From IMG/VR virus record IMGVR_UViG_2824834302_000001: 64,000 nt of DNA; one strand, 5' to 3'. Origin of the DNA: an uncultured virus (IMG/VR IMGVR_UViG_2824834302_000001) (lineage: Duplodnaviria; Heunggongvirae; Uroviricota; Caudoviricetes). A model generated the notes under the pieces. The model was not told the origin of the DNA and searched no databases. It saw only the letters and a program-made list of their open reading frames with translations. Shown piece by piece: positions 17,132-25,195 of this stretch (positions are counted from its first letter, which is position 1; every line of letters starts with the position of its first letter). The translations under genes and the position numbers were made by a program.

Positions 17132-17982
17132 TGGACGGAGCCTCATTGCCTGCAACGGCCAATATCTCCGCGCGGCCAGTCGCCGCGCTCGACTTTCCGG
17201 ATCTGCCCCGCGCGGGAATTCCCGACTGGATGCCCGAGGTTCGCCTCGCCGATCCGGCCTCCCTCGTCGTCGACGAGGGATATCAGCGCGGCCTCTCCGA
17301 TCGGTCGATACGGCTGATCCGCAAGATCGTCGCCGAATGGAGCTGGCTCGCCTTCAAGCCGCCGATCGTCGTCGACGTCGGCGGCATTCTGCATGTGATC
17401 GACGGCCAGCATACCGCGATCGGCGCGGTGACTCACGGCGGAATACCGGTGATCCCGGTTCTTGTCGTTCGGGCCGAGGCGCTGGCGCAGCGGGCCTCGG
17501 CCTTCGTCCGTCACAACCGAGACCGGATCCAGGTGACGGCGACGCAGCTGCATGCCGCCCTTGTCGCCGCCGGCGACGAAGACGCGCTGACCATGGCGCA
17601 GGTCTGCGACCGGGCCGGCGTCAAGCTCCTGAAGAACCCGCCGCCCATGGCCCGCTTCAAGCCGGGGGAGTGCATGGCAGTGACCACGATCCAGGCGGTG
17701 ATCTCCCGCCGGCATGCCAAAGGCGCACGCGAGGTGCTGGAAACCTGCGTCAAGGGCGGGGCAGCCCCCGTCGGCGCGGTGCTGATCCGGGCGGTCGAGC
17801 ATCTGATGTTCGACAAGGAATATAAGGGTCAGATCGAGCCCGAGCGCATCTCCGCGCTGATCTCCGCCATGCCCGACCAGATCGAAAGCGAAGCCAAGCG
17901 CTTTGCCGCCGAGCGCAAGGTGCCGCTGTGGCGCGCCATGGCCTCCGTGCTCTTCATGAACCGGAGGAAGGCGCGTGTCTGA
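17131..17982 (+). CDS. ParB/Srx-like N-terminal-domain protein
   Basis: YQR...VIDGQH motif; ATG overlaps the upstream stop. Confidence 0.75.
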   Translation: MDGASLPATANISARPVAALDFPDLPRAGIPDWMPEVRLADPASLVVDEGYQRGLSDRSIRLIRKIVAEWSWLAFKPPIVVDVGGILHVIDGQHTAIGAVTHGGIPVIPVLVVRAEALAQRASAFVRHNRDRIQVTATQLHAALVAAGDEDALTMAQVCDRAGVKLLKNPPPMARFKPGECMAVTTIQAVISRRHAKGAREVLETCVKGGAAPVGAVLIRAVEHLMFDKEYKGQIEPERISALISAMPDQIESEAKRFAAERKVPLWRAMASVLFMNRRKARV

Positions 17983-18373
17983 CGACCTGGTTGGCATTTT
18001 GCGGGAAGGGAACGCGACGCTTCGGGAGCGCGTCCGGCAGCTGGAAACGCTGCTGGTGCCTGATGACGTCGTGGTTCCCGCGGAATGGCAGCTGGCCAAT
18101 GCTGAGCGACGGATCTTCTCGGCGCTCACGCGGCGCGACGTCGTCACCAAGGAAACGCTCTATCAGGCGCTCTACAGCGACCGGCTCGACCTCGACAAGG
18201 AACCGGATTGCAACGCCGTCGAGAGCCACGTCAGCAAGCTGCGCAAGAAGGTGCGGCCGTTCGGCGTCGTGATCATCAGCAAGCGTTTCACCGGCTACAG
18301 CCTGATGAACCGGCAGAAATACACCCATACCCCCCCCGTGACCGAAGCGAAGGCGGCGGTGCGGCATGGATGA
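17975..18373 (+). CDS. Coiled coil plus OmpR/PhoB winged-helix protein (no receiver domain)
   Basis: TKETLYQALY...NAVESHVSKLRKK...TGYSL Trans_reg_C pattern. Confidence 0.8.
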   Translation: MSDDLVGILREGNATLRERVRQLETLLVPDDVVVPAEWQLANAERRIFSALTRRDVVTKETLYQALYSDRLDLDKEPDCNAVESHVSKLRKKVRPFGVVIISKRFTGYSLMNRQKYTHTPPVTEAKAAVRHG

Positions 18374-18713
18374 GCTCGTCGACCTGCAGCGCGACCGCAT
18401 CGCCTTCCTCGAAGAGCGAATCCGCCAGCTTGAGGAGGCGCTGATGCCTTCGAGCGTGAGCGCGCCGATCGAGTATCAGTTGACGGCGCAGGAGGCGCGC
18501 GTCTTCGCGCATCTCGCCAGCCGCGATTTCGGCACGAAGCAATCGATCATGATGGCGCTCTACAGCGACCGGGCCGAAGAGCCGGAGATCAAGATCGTCG
18601 ACGTCTTCGTCTGCAAGCTACGCAAGAAACTTTCCCGCTTCGGCGTCCGCATCGAAACGATCTGGGGGCAGGGCTATCGGCTCGCCCGGCAGCCAAACGA
18701 GGTGGCGGCGTGA
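18366..18713 (+). CDS. Coiled coil plus CtrA-like winged-helix protein (no receiver domain)
   Basis: EPEIKIVDVFVCKLRKKL...IETIWGQGY versus CtrA EPELKIIDVFICKLRKKL...IETVWGRGY. Confidence 0.85.
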   Translation: MDELVDLQRDRIAFLEERIRQLEEALMPSSVSAPIEYQLTAQEARVFAHLASRDFGTKQSIMMALYSDRAEEPEIKIVDVFVCKLRKKLSRFGVRIETIWGQGYRLARQPNEVAA

Positions 18714-18979
18714 AGAGACGGTCTCAAGAGTCCCAGCAGGCCAGCGTTCATGTCATCGATCCTCCGATCGGGCCTGACGGCCGGCAGCTGCTCTACCGGG
18801 CAGCGCAGTTTTCCCGGCGGCATGGCCGCGCCTATCCGCTCGCGCTGGAGAGTGACCGCCGGGGAGCGGTGAAAGCTGTCGACGGCGGCTATGTCGAGCG
18901 CCTGGCCGACGATCCGCATTTCGTGACGCTAACCGATAAGGGCCGCGGCTATCTCGCCGCGCTGATGAGGGCCGAGTGA
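18710..18979 (+). CDS. Hypothetical protein (winged-helix-like C-terminus)
   Basis: VTLTDKGRGYL motif; coupled. Confidence 0.55.
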   Translation: MKRRSQESQQASVHVIDPPIGPDGRQLLYRAAQFSRRHGRAYPLALESDRRGAVKAVDGGYVERLADDPHFVTLTDKGRGYLAALMRAE

Positions 18980-20538
18980 TGGAGCGCGGGTTTGACGATA
19001 CGCGCGTGACGATCACCGCCGGCGGCAAGTCGGTGGAGACGACGGTCGGCGTGCTGGAAGCGATCGGGAACGGGCGCGCAATCGATGTTCCGGCGCCGGC
19101 CCGCGCTGACGCCTCCAATCTTGCCGCCACGATCGACCGCGCCCGCTCGCTCTTCAGTGAGGGCGATTACCAAAATGCGCTGTGGCTTTCCGAGGCAGTT
19201 TACGATCAGGCGAAGGCGGCGGCGAGCTATGCCAAGCGCATGAAGCTTAGCGACGAACTGATCGGCAAGGCGCGCCGCATGCAGGGTGACGCCCTGCTGA
19301 TCGAGACGCGGGCGAAGATGGCGCTGGCCGATCAGTTCGACGAGGCGCAGAAGGCTGGCGTGGTGGCCGCGCCCGGGCGCCCGAAAAAGGTTTCGGACGA
19401 AAACCTTTTTCGGCTTGAGGATGTCGGCCTTTCCAAGGGACAGGTTCACGAAGCGCGCAAGCTGCGCGACGCCGAGACGAAAGAGCCGGGGCTGGTCGAA
19501 CGGGCGATCGCGGCGCGCATCCAGGCGGGGCTAGAGCCTAGCCGTGCGAACCTCCGCGCGGCCGTCGGAACGGCCTCGGCCAACAAGGAAGAACGCGGCG
19601 ACAATTTTTACCAGACGCCCGTCGTTGCCACGCGCACGCTGCTCGCCTTCGAAAGCTTCTCGGGCACGATCTGGGAGCCGTCGTGCGGCCTCGGCGCCAT
19701 TTCGGCGGTGCTCGAGGCGGAAGGCTATGACGTCATCCTCTCCGATCTCGTCGACCGCAACACGGTCACGGCGCATGGCGAGCTGCAGGCGGTAGGCGAC
19801 TTTCTCGCCAGCCAGCCGGAGGCGCCGGGCGAGGGGCCGGATATCGTCACCAATCCGCCTTATGGCGAGGTGTTGAACGATTACGTGGCGCATGCACTGC
19901 GAGCGCACAAGCCGCGCAAGATGGCGCTGCTACTCAACTGGAATTTCTTCTGCGGCTTCGATGACGACGACCGCAATTTCGCAATGGATGATAACCCGCC
20001 GGCCCGCGTCTACGTGTTTAAACGTCGCCTGCCGATGATGCATCGCGAGGGCTACGAGGGGCCGAAGGCGTCCAGTCGGATGAATACCGCCTGGTTCGTC
20101 TGGGAGCGGCAGGAGGACGGCAGCTACGGCGACACGACCGTCGTCAAGCGCGTCGACTGGAAGGAATTCGAGGATGCGGATGCGCTGGAGCCCGGCGAGG
20201 GCGGCAATGCCAGCGGCGTGCACTTCGACGAGTTCAAGCGGGAGACGCCGCGGAAGACGCTCGACGAGCGCGTCGAGGAAGAATTCGTCCGTGCCTTCGA
20301 ATGGATGAAGGATCTGGAGCCCTTCGACGTGGTGAAGTTCCGCCAGGGTGTCGGGCTTCGCCAGAGCGTCGCCGCGGCGCTGATCGATGCGCTCGCGGCC
20401 AATGGGCTGATCGAGCCGACCAGTGACGGGCAGTGGCTGCCGACCGGCAAGGGCATGAACATGATTGCGACAGTCGGCGCGGTCGAGGCGACGAAGAAGC
20501 TCAGGGCCGGTGCGCCGCTTGCGGAGGTGCTGGGATGA
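18976..20538 (+). CDS. Amino (N6-adenine/N4-cytosine) DNA methyltransferase with N- and C-terminal accessory domains
   Basis: NFYQTP, WEPSCGLGAI (SAM binding), DIVTNPPY catalytic motif. Confidence 0.85.
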   Translation: MMERGFDDTRVTITAGGKSVETTVGVLEAIGNGRAIDVPAPARADASNLAATIDRARSLFSEGDYQNALWLSEAVYDQAKAAASYAKRMKLSDELIGKARRMQGDALLIETRAKMALADQFDEAQKAGVVAAPGRPKKVSDENLFRLEDVGLSKGQVHEARKLRDAETKEPGLVERAIAARIQAGLEPSRANLRAAVGTASANKEERGDNFYQTPVVATRTLLAFESFSGTIWEPSCGLGAISAVLEAEGYDVILSDLVDRNTVTAHGELQAVGDFLASQPEAPGEGPDIVTNPPYGEVLNDYVAHALRAHKPRKMALLLNWNFFCGFDDDDRNFAMDDNPPARVYVFKRRLPMMHREGYEGPKASSRMNTAWFVWERQEDGSYGDTTVVKRVDWKEFEDADALEPGEGGNASGVHFDEFKRETPRKTLDERVEEEFVRAFEWMKDLEPFDVVKFRQGVGLRQSVAAALIDALAANGLIEPTSDGQWLPTGKGMNMIATVGAVEATKKLRAGAPLAEVLG

Positions 20539-20816
20539 GCAACGCCTCAGATCAATTCGATGAAGCTATGGTCGCGTATGTCCGTGCGCTGGCCAAACTG
20601 CCGCATACGAATGGTGACGATTCTGTGGAGGCCGCGGTCAAGGCTGCGCCGAAGAATCATCCTGTCCATAGGATGTCGCTGCGCAGCTATCGCTGCAATG
20701 GCTGCAAGAGGCTCGGCGTTCTTGCTGACGTCATGCTGGATATCGGAACCGGCGGCGCTGAATGCCCCGTCTGCTTCAGTGATGATCTCCACCTTGTTCA
20801 GGAGGGCGTCGCTTGA
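20535..20816 (+). CDS. Small Zn-finger protein
   Basis: CNGC...CPVC. Confidence 0.6.
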   Translation: MSNASDQFDEAMVAYVRALAKLPHTNGDDSVEAAVKAAPKNHPVHRMSLRSYRCNGCKRLGVLADVMLDIGTGGAECPVCFSDDLHLVQEGVA

Positions 20817-21124
20817 GCGATCATCATCAACTGCCGACGACCGATTTCTCACCGCTCATGCTCAAGCAGTTCATCGCCCTGCGGGTGGCGATGATGGTGC
20901 GGCTCGATTTCCCGTCGCAGCCGCGCAATGGCGAGAAAGCGGCGCTGGCGAATCTGCGCAAGCGTTCGGGTCTGACGCGCGAAGAGTTTGATCTCGCCTG
21001 CAAGGGGAAGCTGAAGACCGGCGCTACGCGGGCGAAGATCTGGGCCGCGCTTTGGATCGATCCGGCAAGCCTCGGCATCCTGCTCACCGACGATGGCGGA
21101 CAGGAGGGCGGCAATGCGGGCTGA
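20813..21124 (+). CDS. Hypothetical HTH-like protein
   Basis: LRKRSGLTREEF; GGAGGG SD. Confidence 0.6.
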   Translation: MSDHHQLPTTDFSPLMLKQFIALRVAMMVRLDFPSQPRNGEKAALANLRKRSGLTREEFDLACKGKLKTGATRAKIWAALWIDPASLGILLTDDGGQEGGNAG

Positions 21125-21377
21125 ATTCGATAGCAGCGCCTTCGCGCGCGATGTCAAGCGTTGGCTGGAGCGCAAGGGCTGCTCCTACCGGGCGGCGGCT
21201 GCGGAACATCCGCTGCTGAACCTGCCGATGCTGTCGCGGGCAGTGCATGAGCGCAAGCTTTCGGTCGTCAATGTGCTTGTGCTTTGCCGCGTCGTCGGGC
21301 TCGACCCGATGAATTACCTGAATATGGCAACGGAAAACGCAGCGAAATCAAACTGTTTCAGCAATCGGCAAACGTGA
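21114..21377 (+). CDS. Xre-type HTH protein
   Basis: SYRAAAAE...MLSRAV...LCRVVGLDP pattern. Confidence 0.65.
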   Translation: MRAEFDSSAFARDVKRWLERKGCSYRAAAAEHPLLNLPMLSRAVHERKLSVVNVLVLCRVVGLDPMNYLNMATENAAKSNCFSNRQT

Positions 21378-21395
21378 AACGTTTGTCGCGAGGGC

Positions 21396-21605
21396 ATGCC
21401 TATGGGGGCGACATTGGAATTTAGCAACTGGATCGTGCCGCTACTGGTGACGGTCGTGGTCTTCGGCCTGGCCGCAGGCTCGCTCCGGACGCGCGCGCCG
21501 GAATATGCGCGGCTGGCGAACCGCATCGTCAATCTGCTTCTCCTTGCGCTGGCGGCAATCGCCTCACTGGCCGTCTGGCTCGCCTGGGCACTGGTGGCGC
21601 GATGA
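21396..21605 (+). CDS. Small membrane protein
   Basis: Two hydrophobic helices. Confidence 0.55.
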   Translation: MPMGATLEFSNWIVPLLVTVVVFGLAAGSLRTRAPEYARLANRIVNLLLLALAAIASLAVWLAWALVAR

Positions 21606-21901
21606 GCGGGCTCCTGCCGATCGTCGAGCAACTGATGGACGCGGCGAGCGATGCAGCGTGCGCCGATTGGCTGCTGCGTTGCCCATACGGCGTGCTCCAT
21701 CGCGAGCAGGTGCCGATCCGCGCCATCCTCCAGGGCAATCGCTTCCAGGCGGGCGTCGCCTATCTCGACGCCCTGCTGTCCATGACCAACGCAACGCGGC
21801 TGGCCGACGGCCAGTTGCCGCAAACGATCGTGCTGGCGGTCCACATCGCCGCGGGAAATCTCAAACTGGCGGCGCTGGCGGGCGCCGAGGGGGCAATATG
21901 A
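21602..21901 (+). CDS. Phage hypothetical protein
   Basis: Coupled junctions on both sides. Confidence 0.6.
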   Translation: MSGLLPIVEQLMDAASDAACADWLLRCPYGVLHREQVPIRAILQGNRFQAGVAYLDALLSMTNATRLADGQLPQTIVLAVHIAAGNLKLAALAGAEGAI

Positions 21902-23904
21902 ATTCGATCTCAATGCCGAGGAGCTTCGGGCTCGACAACCGCATGACCGTTGTTCTTTTCGCTGGCATGGGCGGCGGCTGCGACGGGCTGGAGGATGCGG
22001 GATTCCATGTTCATCTCGCCGTCAACCACGATCCGCTGGCGATCGCCATGCATGAGAAGCGGCACCCGCATACGAAGCACCTGCGCTGCGACGTGTTCGA
22101 GGTTGACCCGAAAGCGGCGACGCGCGGTCGCGGCGTCCGCATCCTGCATGCCTCGCCGGACTGCACGCATTTTTCCGTCGCCAAGGGCTCCAAGCCCGTC
22201 AGCAAGCGGCGGCGTTCGCTGGCGTGGGTGATCCCGCGTTGGGCAGGGCAGGTGCGGCCCGAGGTGATCACCATGGAGAACGTCCAGGAGATCAAGACCT
22301 GGGGGCCGCTGATCTGCAAGCGCGATCCGAAGACGGGCAGGGCGCTGCGCCTCGACGGATCGGTCGCCGCCAAGGGCGAGCGGATCCCGGTGCACGAGCA
22401 GTGGCTGATCCCCGACCCCAAGCACAAGGGCCGGATCTGGCGCGCCTGGCTGCAGCATATGCTCGGCCTCGGCTACAGCTTCGAGCATCGCGTTCTGATC
22501 TGCGCTGACTACGGGATTCCGACAATCCGCAAACGCTTCTTCGGCGTGGCGCGCGCCGACGGCGGGCCGATCTATTGGCCGGAGCGGACGCATGCGCCGC
22601 GCGACAAGGCGAAGGCGATGGGGCTCAAGCCATGGGTTGGCGCGGATACGATCATCGACTGGTCGCTTCCGGTTAAATCCATTTTCGACCGCAAGAAGCC
22701 GCTGGCGCCGGCGACGCTGAGGCGGATCGCGCGGGGCGTCATGCGCTATGTCGTCAACGCGAAAAAGCCGTTCATCGTGCCGATCACGCATGCCGGCGGC
22801 GACCGCGTGCATGCGATCGACGAGCCGTTGCGGACGCTGACAACGGCGCATCGTGGCGAGCTGTCGTTGATCGTGCCCTCCATTGCCGGCGTCGGCGGCA
22901 GGATGGGGCAGTCGGTCGAGCGCTCGGTCGAGGAGCCGATGCAGACGGTGACCACAAAGCCAGATTCCGTGCTGGTATCGGCGCATCTGACGAAGTTCCG
23001 CCAGGGCTCGGCCGGCGCGGACCTGGAAGAGCCTTTGCCGACCTATACGGCGAACAATTTCCATAAGCGGCCGGGCGGCGCGCCGCCGCTCGGCGTCGCC
23101 TCGGTGCACATGTCGACGATGCGCAATTCGCAGAAGCCCTTCGGCGCCGCCGACGAGCCGTTGCATACGGTGACCGCCGGCGGCGCGGGTATTTCGCTCG
23201 TCGCGGCCACGATGGTGCAAACGGGATATGGAGAGAGGGAAGGCCAAGCCCCGCGATCACTCGACATCGAAGAACCACTCGGGACGGTGGTGGCCGGAGG
23301 CTCGAAGGTTGCGCTCGTCGCGGCTCTTCTGGCGCAACACAACAATGACGCCAGACGGGATGGCGGCGTTCATCCCGGCCGGGATATCGAGGAGCCGCTG
23401 GCGACGCTGACTGTCAACCCGCAACAGGGTGTCGTCGCTGCTGCCCTCGGCCGACTGCGCGGCAATGACAAGGACGGGCAGGGTGTCGACCATCCTCTCC
23501 CGACGCAGACCTGCGGCGGCGGTCATGAAATGCTGATTCTTCCGTTCCTGCAAACCTACTACGGCTCTGGCGAGAATAGCCACGATGTCCGCGACCCCCT
23601 TCACACGCTCACCGTCAACGACCGCCACGGGCTGGTGACGGTCGAGGTCAACGGCCAGACCATGGTCATCACCGACATCTGCATGCGCATGCTCGACCCT
23701 CTGGAAGGCGCTGCGGCGCATGGCTTCGACCCCAAGAGCTTCGACCACGTGATCGAATACGTCGACGAGCGCGGCAAGCTGGTGAAGCGCAAGCCGACAA
23801 AGACCCAGCTTGGACACCTCGTCGGCAACAGTGTTCCCAAGAAAATGATCAGGCTGCTCGCCGAGTGCAACGGGCGCTACGAATTCGTCGAGGCGGCAGA
23901 ATGA
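21898..23904 (+). CDS. C5-cytosine DNA methyltransferase with repeat-expanded variable region
   Basis: Motifs FAGMGG, SPDC, ENV, IRKR, GNSV; eight (E/D/H)P(L/M)xT repeats. Confidence 0.9.
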   Translation: MNSISMPRSFGLDNRMTVVLFAGMGGGCDGLEDAGFHVHLAVNHDPLAIAMHEKRHPHTKHLRCDVFEVDPKAATRGRGVRILHASPDCTHFSVAKGSKPVSKRRRSLAWVIPRWAGQVRPEVITMENVQEIKTWGPLICKRDPKTGRALRLDGSVAAKGERIPVHEQWLIPDPKHKGRIWRAWLQHMLGLGYSFEHRVLICADYGIPTIRKRFFGVARADGGPIYWPERTHAPRDKAKAMGLKPWVGADTIIDWSLPVKSIFDRKKPLAPATLRRIARGVMRYVVNAKKPFIVPITHAGGDRVHAIDEPLRTLTTAHRGELSLIVPSIAGVGGRMGQSVERSVEEPMQTVTTKPDSVLVSAHLTKFRQGSAGADLEEPLPTYTANNFHKRPGGAPPLGVASVHMSTMRNSQKPFGAADEPLHTVTAGGAGISLVAATMVQTGYGEREGQAPRSLDIEEPLGTVVAGGSKVALVAALLAQHNNDARRDGGVHPGRDIEEPLATLTVNPQQGVVAAALGRLRGNDKDGQGVDHPLPTQTCGGGHEMLILPFLQTYYGSGENSHDVRDPLHTLTVNDRHGLVTVEVNGQTMVITDICMRMLDPLEGAAAHGFDPKSFDHVIEYVDERGKLVKRKPTKTQLGHLVGNSVPKKMIRLLAECNGRYEFVEAAE

Positions 23905-23915
23905 TGCCTTTCCGT

Positions 23916-24341
23916 CTAGGCCGCCTCCAGCCCGATCACCAGGCGCTTGCCCATGGCGGCAAGAGCGCTTACCAGCAACGGCAGCTTCGTGATGACGTCA
24001 GGATCCAGCAGGCGGCGCGCCTCCTTCTCGTCCTTGCCTATGCGGCGGGCAAGCTCGCTGCGCGAAATCCCGGCCTCGCGGAACGTCTCGATGACGGCGA
24101 TCTTCATGGCGATCTCCGGCTCCGGCGAGATCATCGTTCCAGCCGTCGCCGGCTCCGGAAGCGGGCGTCCCATCTCCAGGTATGTCAGCAGGGCGACGCC
24201 GAGTGCATCGGCCGCCATGGCGCGGGCGTCGGCCATATCGTCGCCCTCGGTAATCGCCTCCGGCACGTCGGCGAAGGTCACAGTAAAGCCGCCTTCTTTT
24301 TCGGTCGGCTCGAAGGTTGCCGCGTAAGCGTAAGTCTTCAT
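23916..24341 (-). CDS. hicB: HicB-family antitoxin with C-terminal HTH
   Basis: GGFTVTFADVPEAITEGD...AMAADAL HicB signature; AGGAG SD. Confidence 0.9.
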   Translation of the reverse strand: MKTYAYAATFEPTEKEGGFTVTFADVPEAITEGDDMADARAMAADALGVALLTYLEMGRPLPEPATAGTMISPEPEIAMKIAVIETFREAGISRSELARRIGKDEKEARRLLDPDVITKLPLLVSALAAMGKRLVIGLEAA

Positions 24342-24415
24342 GGTTCGGTCTCCTATGCGGCCACAATCGGCCTTGTTCGACATGGGCAAGCGGTCTCGCC
24401 ACGAAGGTCCGGGGC

Positions 24416-24613
24416 TCAGATGAGCCGCAGACCCTTTCTTATCTTCGCTGCCGTCTTCGGGTCTATCTCCCGGCTCGGGAGGGTCGTGAAGCGGTCCCCT
24501 AACCAGACCGTCGCATGCCCGCCCTTGCCCTTCGATTTGCTGACCCGGAAGGAAAGGCCTCGCTCTTTTGCTTCCTCTCTGAGTTCAGCGATGAAGCGAT
24601 CCCGCTTGTCCAT
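24416..24613 (-). CDS. hicA: HicA-family toxin (dsRBD-fold RNase)
   Basis: GKGGHATV with catalytic His; small basic protein upstream of hicB. Confidence 0.85.
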   Translation of the reverse strand: MDKRDRFIAELREEAKERGLSFRVSKSKGKGGHATVWLGDRFTTLPSREIDPKTAAKIRKGLRLI

Positions 24614-24640
24614 GTCTGTCTCCGTTTCAATGAACACATA

Positions 24641-24693
24641 TTCGGATATTTTTGTCCGAACGTCAAGCGAATTCGGATATTTTTATCCGAATT
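24641..24693 (-). promoter_or_regulatory. hicAB promoter with two palindromic operators
   Basis: TTCGGATATTTTTGTCCGAA and AATTCGGATATTTTTATCCGAATT flank a minus-strand TTGACG -35 (24661-24666). Confidence 0.75.
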
Positions 24694-24706
24694 GTGAGGT
24701 GCTGCT

Positions 24707-25195
24707 ATGACCGCGCAACCGTTCCTCTTTGGCGAGGGGTGGATCGAGGTGCGCGACGGGAATGACACCGCGCGCGCGATCTTCGACCGCCACTACAGCC
24801 GCTACCTTTATGCGGACGGGCGAAAGCCGAAGTTGTTTGTCGGGCCAGGCGAGAAGATGGTGCTTCTCTCTGCCGACGCCCACGCGATCTGCGTCTGGCG
24901 CCGCTTCATCAGCGGTGATGGACAGGAGGGGGTCAATTGCGCCGTGTTCCGTCGTGAGGCTGGGGACGTCGCCAGCGCCATGCTGGGCAAAGCCTGTGAT
25001 CTCGCGTGGCTACGATGGCCACGGGCGCGCCTGTATACCTATGTCGATCCTTTCGGCGTGCAGCCCACGTTCAGGGCGGGCCGCCCGACCTGGGGTCATT
25101 GCTTCTATCAAGACGGATGGGTGTTTGAGGGACTGACGAAGAAGCGGCTTCACATTCTCGCCCGCTATCCCGATTTGGGAGGTGGTGCTCCATGA
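24707..25195 (+). CDS. Mom-like (GNAT-fold) putative DNA-modification protein
   Basis: RHYS, LYTYVD, GHCFYQDGWVFEGLT resemble Mom-family motifs. Confidence 0.6.
   Translation: MTAQPFLFGEGWIEVRDGNDTARAIFDRHYSRYLYADGRKPKLFVGPGEKMVLLSADAHAICVWRRFISGDGQEGVNCAVFRREAGDVASAMLGKACDLAWLRWPRARLYTYVDPFGVQPTFRAGRPTWGHCFYQDGWVFEGLTKKRLHILARYPDLGGGAP

Noticed and set aside
21354..21381. parS site (TGTTTCA...TGAAACG)
   Set aside because: Half-sites are 14 bp apart rather than adjacent as in TGTTTCACGTGAAACA; at most a weak inverted repeat
21505..21897. N-terminal extensions in the ORF track (C5 methyltransferase from 21505, ParB-like from 16654, fibre from 50193, tail tube from 40042)
   Set aside because: They overlap other real genes; downstream ATGs with SD or coupling are better starts
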